Shown here piece by piece: positions 53,976 through 64,000 of a stretch of 64,000 bases of DNA. Where the stretch lies: positions 416,001-480,000 of the forward strand of contig CAVTRN010000002.1 of assembly GCA_963737155.1 (NCBI GenBank). The letters run 5' to 3'. The stretch comes from Nitrospirota bacterium (lineage in GTDB: Bacteria; Nitrospirota; UBA9217). The translations under genes and the position numbers were made by a program. Numbering within the stretch: position 1 is the stretch's first letter; each line of letters starts with the position of its first letter. Under the pieces are notes generated by a model. That model saw only the letters and a program-made list of their open reading frames with translations, was not told the origin of the DNA and ran no database searches.

Positions 53976-54566
53976 AAATGAAGCAAGCTATTTTTTGTGG
54001 AATGGGGAGTGGAGCATCTGATCATTTTAATGTCGCGGGCATTCACTTGTTGCGTTAATAGCAATCATTAATGTTTTCTCCTTATTCCCGCTAGCCTAAA
54101 CAGGCCTGAGCCAAACAGCCAGATGGCGGCTGGGATCGGCGTCGAAAATACATCAGAAAGTATATTGACGAGGACGGTTTTTTACCGTCCTCATAGTTTT
54201 TGATATCACGAGCGTGGTATTCTTGTAATCTCCCTCTCGAAGGGGGCGATATCTCTGGTGTGATGAGCTACACCAGTTGGATCGCATGTTTCTCCAAAAC
54301 GATGGAAAGTGGGATTCTACCATTGCCATAAATAATGTCCATATGGTTACTGGCTACTAATGCGGATTGCCAATTGTATGACGATGGTGTTAATTCAGCA
54401 TCACCACAATCACGCGACTTTAACAGATAATTCTTAAATAAACTCGACAGTGATCTTAGAAGGGTTGTCAACTTGAGGTTTTGAGTAGAAACTCACAAGC
54501 GCCAGGATGTATTGCCGTCTTATTTAATGGTATAAAAAATAAAGATATGAATTGGAATAAAGTGAC

Positions 54567-55040
54567 CTAAAATGGCTTAAAAACCATCCAGTAAACATTA
54601 ATCATGGGTAGAATTGTGGCGATTATTCCAAAAACGGTCCAAAGCCGGCCGAGGCGCCAGTACATTCGCGGGATATCGCTTCCTTCGGTAAAAGCTTTGG
54701 CGATACGTGCCAGTTTAATCTGAATTGGTATAAGGATGAGCACCCAGATTATTCCTGATATAATGAACAACCAAAGTCCCCACCCAAGCCAACGTACGTT
54801 CCAATAATCCATGTTGAGACGACGGGCATTTAAAATTCCAGTAATGAAAATTAACAGTACTCCACCTGTAGTGAAAACGATGTCAGTCAATGTAACTTGC
54901 CGCTGTGCATAGGCTATCAGCATGGACTGCTTTGTTCGATCGGCCATGGTTTTCCACCATCCGGTGATAATGATATTACCGAGGAAAATTACAACTCCTA
55001 AAATATGAAGACTTTTTAGAAGGAGATATGTGTTAGTCAT
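54567..55040 (-). CDS. DUF2269 family integral membrane protein
   Basis: LKSLHILGVVIFLG, TDIVFT, ILIPIQ, YWMVFKP. Confidence 0.85.
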   Translation of the reverse strand: MTNTYLLLKSLHILGVVIFLGNIIITGWWKTMADRTKQSMLIAYAQRQVTLTDIVFTTGGVLLIFITGILNARRLNMDYWNVRWLGWGLWLFIISGIIWVLILIPIQIKLARIAKAFTEGSDIPRMYWRLGRLWTVFGIIATILPMINVYWMVFKPF

Positions 55041-55343
55041 TCAAGCATTTTCCCTTTTAAAAAAATGTTAAATAATGATCATGGCCCAAGTTCTAATTCA
55101 GGCTTGCTACTTGTACTCTGCGGAACCTATTAACTCAACTGCTTCACATTCCAGGCAGAACAGTTGACTAAAAAATGCGAGCGGAATTATTCATTTTTTC
55201 ATGAATTCCGCGTCTCCCAGCCACACCTACAACTGTGTAGTTTTTAAACTTCAAACTGTCCTCAGATTCTCGAAGAAACTTGCCGATCAAACGTTCGTTT
55301 GCCCCTTACGGGGACGACATGATTTTCAGAAGGTAAATTTCTA

Positions 55344-55898
55344 TTAAGGTATTTGGATAAACTTTAATGCCACGCCGATAAGTGCGGCCTGCTCTTTGCT
55401 CATCTCGCCCAAGCTATCACGTCGTTCTGTCATGCGTCGGAAGCGAGTGAAATCTGTAGGCAAACCCTCTGTGTCGACGAGATAAGCAATTTTTTGGATG
55501 ATCACCCTGATGTCTTCCGGATGTTTTATCCGGCCTTTGATCTTTGGAAAATATTTCACCTTCATCCGAGCTCTGGCGCTATCGAATTCGACATCTGTCA
55601 CTCGGTGCATCGCGAGGATAACGTAATCGCCGAGTGATTGCCAAAAGATTTCATCGTGATCTTTCCAAGACGGAAGGTAAAAGCGCAATAAGGCAGGTTG
55701 CTTTTTCCCGTTTGGCGTTATGTTCTTATAAAGAACGACTGGAAAACTATCTATCTCCTTATGATCGATCTTTTCTAGCTTCTCAAACAGATTTATTCTT
55801 TGCTGTTTGCGAAAAAGTTTATCGATCTGATCTAAAACGCCGCCCTGTCCAAGACCGTCCTGAACTTTCTCGAGTACTGTTGTTAATGAGTTTGACAT
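55344..55898 (-). CDS. Hypothetical protein
   Basis: 184-aa open frame with protein-like composition; no family recognised. Confidence 0.6.
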   Translation of the reverse strand: MSNSLTTVLEKVQDGLGQGGVLDQIDKLFRKQQRINLFEKLEKIDHKEIDSFPVVLYKNITPNGKKQPALLRFYLPSWKDHDEIFWQSLGDYVILAMHRVTDVEFDSARARMKVKYFPKIKGRIKHPEDIRVIIQKIAYLVDTEGLPTDFTRFRRMTERRDSLGEMSKEQAALIGVALKFIQIP

Positions 55899-56801
55899 TG
55901 TCTGACTCCTTAATATTATTCTAAACTGTAGCAAACCGCCTAGCTGTCAGATGGAGATCATTGTTAGTACGGCCGGGAAACGCTCTCCATGCAGTCTTTG
56001 CGCCATTAAAAATCACTTGACCGCCAGTTTTGACATTCGTTGCATATATTTCTATTGCTACTTCCCAATTCCAACAAACCACTCTGAGACCTTTCTTACT
56101 ATCTTATCATAAGCACATGTAATAGTAGTGCGACAGTCATTAAATCCCTACTCGGAAGTCACGTTGGAATAGTGACATTATGTTTAATTTGTTAGCCGGC
56201 TTAAAGAAGATCTAACTACTGAGAATTGCAACTTGTAAATTAAAGTGTTTCAAAAGATGATATACATAATATATGCAGGGAGCATTCAATGCTGCAATTA
56301 TGAAGGTATTTCACCATCTTTCAACCTCATTTATTGCCAGGGACCTCTCTGCTTTATAATTGAATTACGAGATCCTCACCATACTCTGTTGATCAGGAAC
56401 CTACCTTAATTTTATTGCTTTACTCGCGTGTTGTATACCTGCCGGTGAAATAGGCCGCTCAAAAAAGAACAAAAGATAGTCAAGTTCCAAGGGGGATGTT
56501 CGTGAACAAGGTGTAACTCTTCTCGAACACAGGTGCCACAATGAAAAGATCCATCCCCGCGACAACTACAGGAAAACCACTACCGTTTTCAATGGGCTTG
56601 CGAGGGGGGAAAATAATTAAAGTAAAATGGCGATATCGGCGCGAAGCCAACGGGCGCTCCGACTGCGTGAGTAACGAGAGTTGTCGTCGTAGAAAGGTGT
56701 TGATGGCCGACACTACGAGCAATCCGCAGTATGTCCAGCCTGCAAGTGCGTGAGCAAAGACAACAGACGTCGTAGACAGGCTTCACCCAGACAAAAATAA
56801 C

Positions 56802-56830
56802 TTGACATTACCAAAATAATTTGGTAAGAT
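56802..56830 (+). promoter_or_regulatory. sigma70-type promoter with a palindromic operator in the spacer
   Basis: TTGACA-N17-TAAGAT; TTACCAAA-ataa-TTTGGTAA at 56808-56827. Confidence 0.6.
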
Positions 56831-57054
56831 CGCAGATATGGATGGGTAACGGGTATGAGAGACTTACTCATAGGTGTCTCATACTGTAAAAGATAAAAAT
56901 ATTCATACTTGTCTAATCGTGCCAAACTTAATAAATCAAAGAGGATGAGAGGAGGTTACAACTGAAGGATATTGTCGTCGTATTAAGTGAATTATTAAAA
57001 ACAAGGAAACTATATTTATCTTAATCACATTCAAGTATTCCGCTGTTAATCGCC

Positions 57055-57140
57055 ACGTACTTTTGGCAAACCCGGTGAAAATCGGTGACGCAAAGCTATA
57101 GGGGCTTCGGTTTAAAACCATGCTAGCCAGCTGCCAGACA
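57055..57140 (+). ncRNA. c-di-GMP-I (GEMM) riboswitch
   Basis: GGCAAA-CCCGGT-GAAA-ATCGG-TGACGCAAAGCT..GGG.CT..ATGCTAGCCAGCTGCC matches the GEMM layout; G at the position-20 equivalent. Confidence 0.9.
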
Positions 57141-57200
57141 TGAATGTCTATTCTTTCCGTCGCCATTTTTGCCTTACTTCAGCACTCACAAGGAGGCAAA

Positions 57201-58502
57201 ATGAAAACATTCGATTCCAAATTTAATATTTTTCTTTCTTTTTTGATGATGTTTGTTCTAGCTGCATGTGGCGGAGCCGCGTCGGAAAATACTGCAACAT
57301 CTGGCGTTAGCGAAAATTCCGCAGCGGACCAGATTATCGCGACTCCGACATCTCACTCAGTCCCACTGAAGGAAATGGATTGTGAAGCTGTTCGTCCGCT
57401 GCAAGGAACCGGTATCGGCGGTACCCTTAGCCCGGCTGATCTTCGAACGCACTACAATCTCCCGGCAACAACAAAGTTAAATGGAACGAACCAGACGATC
57501 GCCATTGTCGATGCGCCTGGATCTTCGACGATTGCCACCGATCTCAACGCATTTAGCTCATACTATAAATTGCCTGTTTGCAACACCAGCAATCCGTGTT
57601 TTGAGGAAATAAATCAGAGCAATGGTGCTACAAACAGCGGCTGGGCTGTTGAAATCAGCCTGGACGTAGAGTGGGCACATGCCATCGCGCCGAATGCAAA
57701 GATACTGCTGGTAATAGCTAAGAGTTCATCGTTTTCCGACATGATGACTGCTGTAAACACAGCGGCAAGCGAACCCGGCGTGGTGGCTGTAACTATGAGT
57801 TGGGGAACTGCTGAATTTATTACGGAAACCGCTACGGCATATGATGCTATATTTCAGAAATATCAGGCAAAAGGTATAACATTTATAGCCTCCTCTGGCG
57901 ATGCTGGTGACAATGGTACAAATCAGTCATGGCCGGCAGCGTCTCCTTACGTGACCACTGTAGGCGGGACATCCATCAAAAGCTTGCTGGCGTCTTCTGC
58001 CCCAACGCCGGCCACAGAGGTAGTTTGGATTGATAGTGGCGGTGGCGCAAGTATGTATGAAACGATGCCAAATTACCAGAAAGCGTACCTAGCCGGGACG
58101 ACAGTACTTTCTGAGAGTAATGGCAAGCGTGTTTATCCAGATGTTGCTTATGATGCTGATCCGAACGCCAGTCCGGTAGGTGTATATTCCAATGGCGATT
58201 GGTATGCCGTTGGCGGGACAAGTGCGGGCTGTCCACAATGGGGAGCAATTATGGCTTTGGTTGCCAATTACCGCGTTGTGGCTGGCAAAACCACGCTACA
58301 AAGTTTGGTCGAAAATACTGCTGGCGGGTTTAATGGGGTAATCTATCAAGTCAAGCTTGAATCGACCAGTTTTTTCGAAATCACAGAAGGGTCTGACGAT
58401 ACTTCGTCCAGACCGTGCGCGTTATGCACGGCTTCCGATGGATATGATGCATCAACTGGTTTGGGTGTCCCCAATGTCACCAAATTGCTCAGTTTTTTTT
58501 GA
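57201..58502 (+). CDS. S53 (sedolisin/kumamolisin-like) serine-carboxyl peptidase lipoprotein
   Basis: Lipobox LAAC; EISLDVEWAHAIAP (E-x3-D), SSGDAG, PDVA, GGTSAG, GYD..TGLGVP. Confidence 0.9.
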   Translation: MKTFDSKFNIFLSFLMMFVLAACGGAASENTATSGVSENSAADQIIATPTSHSVPLKEMDCEAVRPLQGTGIGGTLSPADLRTHYNLPATTKLNGTNQTIAIVDAPGSSTIATDLNAFSSYYKLPVCNTSNPCFEEINQSNGATNSGWAVEISLDVEWAHAIAPNAKILLVIAKSSSFSDMMTAVNTAASEPGVVAVTMSWGTAEFITETATAYDAIFQKYQAKGITFIASSGDAGDNGTNQSWPAASPYVTTVGGTSIKSLLASSAPTPATEVVWIDSGGGASMYETMPNYQKAYLAGTTVLSESNGKRVYPDVAYDADPNASPVGVYSNGDWYAVGGTSAGCPQWGAIMALVANYRVVAGKTTLQSLVENTAGGFNGVIYQVKLESTSFFEITEGSDDTSSRPCALCTASDGYDASTGLGVPNVTKLLSFF

Positions 58503-59007
58503 GGTTAACAATGCATCATGGGAGCAGGCAGAGATAGAATGGTTTTCATTGGCTACGTGACTGCGCCTGTTTCTTTATAATAAATCGGAGGTGCCGTTAT
58601 GCATAAAGCCCTCAATTCCAAAGCACTCCTGATAGTGCCAACCAGACGTAGAGCCGAAGCAGGTCAATATTTTCGGTTCGATTCGGAATGTTGAAGCGCA
58701 TCGTTATGGAGAAGACTAAAGTTCCGCTGACGATCAAGGGGATCGCCCTATTTGCCGCCGGTGGTGGACGCGTCACAATGACGGCGGTGACATCAATTCA
58801 GGCGTGCCGCCGTTTCCGGACAGCGTTTTCGGTACCGTCAAGTTAAATAGGACTCCGCTTGACGGCGCTTCCAACACAGTCTTCGACACCTGTACTAACT
58901 CTATATGCCGCGTAACGACAACCGATGCGTACATTAACTACACTTATACCGGCATGCAGACCTCGGACATTCGAGCGCTTTCTTCTTGCGGAGCCAGCTA
59001 GTTCAGG

Positions 59008-59349
59008 TTAAACTTTCTTCGCGAGGTATGCATCCATGACCCTGGCCGAATATACCAGGGCCGCTCCGGCGTTCACGGCGATTGCAACCCCGAGCGCTTC
59101 CATGATCTCTTCCCGCGTGGCCCCATTCTTAATTGCGGCATCCGTATGCGTGACGATGCAGCCGTCGCACTGGCGGGTAACACCTACCGCCAGCGCAATC
59201 AGTTCGCGGGTTTTGGGATCGAGTTTCCCGAGTTTCGCAGGAGCGCTGCTGAGGTCGCGATACCCCCGGACCGTATCAGGATTGATCCTACCGATGTCTG
59301 CTATAGTGGCAGCGAGTTGTTTATGATAATCATTCCAATCAAGCATCAT
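59008..59349 (-). CDS. Carboxymuconolactone decarboxylase/AhpD-like protein
   Basis: LDPKTRELIALAV..T.QCDGCI..H, GATREEI. Confidence 0.92.
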   Translation of the reverse strand: MMLDWNDYHKQLAATIADIGRINPDTVRGYRDLSSAPAKLGKLDPKTRELIALAVGVTRQCDGCIVTHTDAAIKNGATREEIMEALGVAIAVNAGAALVYSARVMDAYLAKKV

Positions 59350-59570
59350 GGTCTGGTCCTCCCTTGTGCGTGGGGCATCCGAAATATAATAGGTAATCTA
59401 TCTGTGTCACCCTGCTACTTGTTGATGAATCTTAATTGAATCTTGCACCGCGTTCCTCATTGCCTGTATATGTAAAGATCAGGAAGAAGACACGAGAGCA
59501 TGTGAGCAAGCGAATTAAAAATGCGCGTATTTGTAAAATCCCAGCCGTATAATATTTAGCTCATCTATGT

Positions 59571-60347
59571 TCATTCTATGGGGAATGAGACTCCGGACAA
59601 GCGAGCACATTCTGAAAGATATCTATCCTGCGTAGCGGCATCTGATGCTGACGGGTGAAAATTCCGATGTTTATGATGATAAAAATATTTTCCTGAGACC
59701 AAAGCTTCCCTTTCCTGGCTAGTAGCCAGCCAAACCTGTGTTTTAGGTGCTTCTTCTAGGCTATCGGGTGCGCCCGGTCCACCCATCTTAGTGGCCACCC
59801 AGCCAGGTTCCAGTGCATTGGATAATACGTTGGGCCATTTACGAGCAACAGCAAAGGCAAGGATGACATTATGTAATTTAGAATCGGCGTAGGCGCTGGA
59901 TCCATCCCAAGGCCTGGTGTTCCAGGTCAAATCTTTCAAAGTGGGGTCGCCACTTCGATGCATGCCTGAACTAATATATACTAACCGGTTTGGTTTTTTG
60001 ATAAGGCATGTCAGAATGTATGGGGCTAATGAATTTATGGCAAAAACATGCGGTAAACCATCAATAGTCTGGATGCGATTTGTTTCACGATAGCCAACAC
60101 CTGCATTATGGATAATGGCTTCAAATAGGCCTAGCTCATTTACCTGCTCCGCAACGTGTTTCGTTTCAGCAATACTGGCAAGATCACCAAATACGGCGGT
60201 TTCAGCTCTGGGAACACTGGATAATGCTTCTTTAGCCCGAATTTGATTACGGGCATGTAATACTACCTGGTGGTCATTTGCAACCAGTAATCGAGCAGCC
60301 ATTAGACCTAGTCCATCGGCCGAGCCAGTAATAAATATCTTTGCCAT
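59571..60347 (-). CDS. Short-chain dehydrogenase/reductase
   Basis: ITGSADGLG, HNAG, YADSK, PGWVATKMG. Confidence 0.93.
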   Translation of the reverse strand: MAKIFITGSADGLGLMAARLLVANDHQVVLHARNQIRAKEALSSVPRAETAVFGDLASIAETKHVAEQVNELGLFEAIIHNAGVGYRETNRIQTIDGLPHVFAINSLAPYILTCLIKKPNRLVYISSGMHRSGDPTLKDLTWNTRPWDGSSAYADSKLHNVILAFAVARKWPNVLSNALEPGWVATKMGGPGAPDSLEEAPKTQVWLATSQEREALVSGKYFYHHKHRNFHPSASDAATQDRYLSECARLSGVSFPIE

Positions 60348-60406
60348 AAGAATCCCGTGTTATTTAGATAACGAAGGTTCATTAATAACAAAATGCAATA
60401 ATCAAT

Positions 60407-60814
60407 TTATTTTCCTTCAATCGGGTATCTTGCCTTTTCCCATTCTATCCAACCGCCCTTCAGTGCATAAACGCTAGGATGGCCCATCTCTATAAGTTGG
60501 AGTGCCACACGGGCACTAGTTCCCTCGTCATGTCAAGCGCAGTACAGAACAATCGTTTTCTTTTTAATGTATTTCTTGGCCCATGATGCGACATTCTGTG
60601 GATCTTCCCTAACCGCACCTCTGATCTTGGAGTTGCTCTTTCCCCAATCGTGTTCTGTTCGAACATCTATAATGACGATATCTTTGTCGCTAAATCGCAT
60701 CCTGAGTTCCTCTTTTGACATTCTTGGAGCATCAGACGGTGCGACTGCGAAAGTCAAAAGCGAGCTAAATAATATTAGGATCATAAAAAGACCAAATATG
60801 AATTTTTTAATCAT
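60407..60814 (-). CDS. Secreted rhodanese-like selenoprotein (CxU; UGA at 60533-60535)
   Basis: IIDVR..KIRGAVR..IVLYCA-TGA-HDEGTSARVA..GHPSVYALKGGW.EW..ARYP completes the rhodanese fold only by readthrough. Confidence 0.92.
60501..60532 (-). promoter_or_regulatory. SECIS element of the rhodanese gene
   Basis: 15 nt after the UGA: AGTGCC-CGTGT-GGCACT, a perfect 6-bp stem with G at the second loop position. Confidence 0.8.
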
Positions 60815-61691
60815 GCATGCCTCCTTTGAATGTTCCCAGAATACCCAATTCCGGGAATCCATCACATATTGAACATGAAACATGACACACAGTATTTCAT
60901 GTCATAGATGAATAAAGCGAGAAGTTTTGTTGCTCAATAGGGAAAAGTATAACCGAATTTCTCTGCAAGATAAAGCAGAAAAGAAGGGCATTCTAGCATA
61001 CGCAGATTTCATAGAGCATTGAGCACAAAAAGTTCCAACTGACAATCTTCACTTCTTGGGATTGCTAACGCCTTTCGACCAACACGTACTGTTTAGGCTT
61101 CTTTCTGCAAAAAGGCAAGAAGCAGACAAAAGCCTAAACATTGTTAAAAAGGATGCTAATACCTCCTGTAATTTGCAACGTCCAATGTGGGCGGGTTACA
61201 GAGGCAAAAAGGAGGAACTTTGCCATCAGAAAATATGCAAAAAAATAAAAGGGTCAAATTGCACTATCGTTTCAAATTTTTTTGCAAAACGTTTATCAGT
61301 TGTCGCACGTAAAAACATTATGATAGATAATACTTTCTATATATATTTTCAATCCTTTTTTATCGTTTTATTAATATTGACACCTATGTATGTATAATCT
61401 ATTCTATAAATATATTACTACTTAATTTACTTCCACCATCCCGTGCTGTGACAGGGGAATATCATCGCGCAAGACGCAGGGGTGCGAGCTCAGAAGTTGC
61501 AGGTTGTTTCTTGCCTTCATGATGTCTCAGATTTCATACCGCAGATAAGCTGCGGCATTAATATGTTCTCGATCGACTAACGGAAGCGTCAGACATCTAA
61601 ATTGATTCAGGTACATTTGGATGAAGGATGCTTATTTGAAGTTTGGCTAAGGATTAAATAATCGAGACACCAAAGACGGGAAAACCCGATT

Positions 61692-64000
61692 ATGAGGGAC
61701 GATCAAAATATAAAACAGCAATCCATTGATGATCTGGGCGAGCTACGCCGGATGATCGCCGATGCGGAAAAGGCTCTGACTGAGGAGAAAAAGATCTCGG
61801 ATACGATGATAAATAGTCTGCCGGGGATTTTTTACCTTTTTGACGAACAGGGCAGATTCCTACGCTGGAACAGGAACCTTGAGCTTGTTTCAGGCTACTC
61901 AACGGCGGAAATATCAAGCATGCATCCCCTGGATTTTTTTGAGGGTGAAGACCGACGTATTGAAGAAGAACATATCCGCGAAGTATTCCAAAAAGGTCCA
62001 ACGACCTCGGAAGCGGAGATCGTTTCGAAAGATGGACATAGGACCCCCTTCTATTTTACCTGCAGAATGATCGCTGTCGGTGATAGAAGGTGCGCTATCG
62101 GAATGGGGATAGATATCGCCGAGCGGAGGAGGGCGGAAGAATCAGTCAGACTGCTTAACAACCAAAACGAACTTATCTTGAATTCGGCAGGGGAAGGGAT
62201 CTATGGTGTAGACCTAAACGGCAATTCGACGTTCATCAACCCTTCCGCGTCAAAGATGATCGGGTGGGAAGCTGGGGAACTGAGCGGTAAAAGGCAGCAT
62301 GATCTCATGCACCACTCGAAGCCGGACGGAACGCCTTATCCCAGTGAAGAGTGCCCGATCTACGCAGCGTTTAATGACGGAAGAGTCCATCACGTAACTG
62401 ACGAGGTATTTTGGAGAAAAGATGGCACGTGCTTTCCTGTCGAGTATACCAGCACCCCTATTATGGAGAACAACAGACTGGTCGGTGCAGTAGTCGTGTT
62501 CAGGGATGTGACGGAGCGAAAATACGTTGATGAGGAAATAAAGAAGAACTATGAAAGGCAGACTGTATTAAACTCCCTTCTGAACCTCTCGCTGCAGGAT
62601 GTGCCCCTCGAAGAGATGCTCAGGCGCGCACTTGAACTTATCCTTTCGATCCCTTGGCTCGTCGTTCAATCGAAGGGGCACATATCCATCGTCGAACATG
62701 ACCCCGGCATGCTCGTGTTGAAGGCCCAGAAAGGATACACCGAAGGATTGCACAAGACCTGTGCTGTCATCCCCTTCAGCAAATGTATCTGCGGCCGCGC
62801 GGCATTATCAAAAGAGATCGTCTTTGTCGACCGCGTTGATGAACGTCATGATATTTGCCACGACGGGATGACACCTCATGGCCACTATTGCGTCCCGATC
62901 ATATTCAGTGACAATGTAATTGGCGTGATAAATGTGGTTGTAAACGAAGGACACAAAAGCACTGACTGGGAGAAAGCATTGCTGTTGGCAGTTGCAAATA
63001 CCCTGGCGGGTATTATTGTTCGCAGGCGCGCGGAGGATTCCCTCCTGGAGAGCGAACGAAAATTACAGGCCATCACCGATGCAGCTTCCGATGCCATAGT
63101 TCTGATTGACGATGAAGAAAAGATTGTCTACTGGAACTCAACGGCGGGCAAGATGCTCGGCTATCAACACGAGGAGGTCGCGGGACAGAGTATCTCAGTC
63201 GTTATTCCACCAAGGTATCGGGAAGCACATGTCATAGCATTTCGCCGATTTGTTGAGACAGGGCAGGGAACATTACTGGGAAAGACGTATGAGGTCGCGG
63301 CACTCAAGAAAGATGGATCCGAAATCCCTGTTGAACTCTCTATTTCTGCTGTCCGACTAAAGGGCAGATGGCATTCCGCAGGAATCATCCGAGACATCTC
63401 AGACCGGAAAAGGCTCGAGCAGCAACTTCTGCAATCTCAGAAGATAGAGGCTGTTGGCCAGCTTGCCGGTGGGATCGCCCATGACTTCAATAATATTCTC
63501 TCGGCCATCGTCGGCTACGGAGACATTCTTCGCATAAAAATGAAGCCTGATGACCCGCTTCGCGTGAATGTCGAGCACGTGCTGGATGCTGCAAAACGGG
63601 CAAGTGACTTGACGGCAAGCCTTCTCGCCTTTAGCCGACAGCAGATTCTGCACATCCGACCTATCAATTTAACCATGGTTGTCCGGCAATTCGAACACCT
63701 CCTGAGAAGGGTTATCGGTGAAGACATTGAACTTAAGACAGTATTCAAACAGGACGCTGTGACGGTCAATGCAGATAGTAGTCAACTGGAGCAGGTGTTC
63801 ATGAACCTCGCGATCAATGCGCGGGATGCGATGCTGAATGGTGGCTCCTTTTTCATCGAGATAGGCACGGTTGAACTGGACGATGCCTTCATTCGGGCTC
63901 AGGGTTATGGCGAGCGGGGGCGGTATGCACTTGTGTCGGTAACAGATACGGGGATTGGGATAGATGAGACGACGCGGAAAAGAATCTTTGAACCATTTTT
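61692..64000 (+). CDS. PAS-PAS-GAF-PAS histidine kinase, truncated by the window end
   Basis: Frame from MRDDQN: INSLPGIFYLFD, LNSAGEGIYG, GAF (CICGRAA, HGHYCVP), AGGIAHDFNNIL, DTGIG; absent from the ORF track because it has no stop in the window. Confidence 0.9.
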   Translation, partial: MRDDQNIKQQSIDDLGELRRMIADAEKALTEEKKISDTMINSLPGIFYLFDEQGRFLRWNRNLELVSGYSTAEISSMHPLDFFEGEDRRIEEEHIREVFQKGPTTSEAEIVSKDGHRTPFYFTCRMIAVGDRRCAIGMGIDIAERRRAEESVRLLNNQNELILNSAGEGIYGVDLNGNSTFINPSASKMIGWEAGELSGKRQHDLMHHSKPDGTPYPSEECPIYAAFNDGRVHHVTDEVFWRKDGTCFPVEYTSTPIMENNRLVGAVVVFRDVTERKYVDEEIKKNYERQTVLNSLLNLSLQDVPLEEMLRRALELILSIPWLVVQSKGHISIVEHDPGMLVLKAQKGYTEGLHKTCAVIPFSKCICGRAALSKEIVFVDRVDERHDICHDGMTPHGHYCVPIIFSDNVIGVINVVVNEGHKSTDWEKALLLAVANTLAGIIVRRRAEDSLLESERKLQAITDAASDAIVLIDDEEKIVYWNSTAGKMLGYQHEEVAGQSISVVIPPRYREAHVIAFRRFVETGQGTLLGKTYEVAALKKDGSEIPVELSISAVRLKGRWHSAGIIRDISDRKRLEQQLLQSQKIEAVGQLAGGIAHDFNNILSAIVGYGDILRIKMKPDDPLRVNVEHVLDAAKRASDLTASLLAFSRQQILHIRPINLTMVVRQFEHLLRRVIGEDIELKTVFKQDAVTVNADSSQLEQVFMNLAINARDAMLNGGSFFIEIGTVELDDAFIRAQGYGERGRYALVSVTDTGIGIDETTRKRIFEPF

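Noticed and set aside
57055-57140. cGAMP-sensing GEMM-Ib variant
   Set aside because: The position-20 equivalent is G, not A
58590-59001. Coding remnant between the S53 and CMD genes
   Set aside because: It has an RBS and coding-like fragments but no family could be recognised, so no call is supportable

Overview
Bacterial chromosomal window. The gene style (many PAS hybrid kinases, selenoproteins, sigma54 and sigma28 promoters) suggests an anaerobe of the Nitrospirota/Desulfobacterota type, but this is inference. It is a loosely packed accessory region with many decayed remnants. Intact modules: TraB/GumN protein; a sigma54-linked glmS with an abnormal C-terminal extension; several two-component and hybrid kinase clusters; a CusRS-like regulator pair plus HME-RND efflux cassette; a DUF2844 gene paired with an Ig-repeat DUF3443 lipoprotein that carries pepsin-type catalytic motifs; c-di-GMP turnover enzymes; a selenocysteine formate dehydrogenase-N operon (fdnGHI-fdhE) with Mo-cofactor accessory genes; and an S53 sedolisin lipoprotein. 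Features the ORF track misses: two UGA-Sec recoding events with SECIS hairpins (FdnG and a rhodanese), a c-di-GMP-I riboswitch with a readable RBS-sequestering platform, three sigma28 and three sigma54 promoters, a 5' class C group II intron fragment behind a terminator, an internally deleted IS with a 14-bp target duplication, a tRNA-fMet 3'-half scar, a decayed MNT-HEPN toxin-antitoxin pair and a possible degenerate Moco RNA motif. The best candidates for undescribed biology are the DUF2844/Ig6-pepsin-like surface protease pair and the c-di-GMP-controlled sedolisin next to sigma28-driven phosphodiesterases. No CRISPR array, rRNA or intact tRNA was seen. All calls come from reading the sequence; no searches were run.
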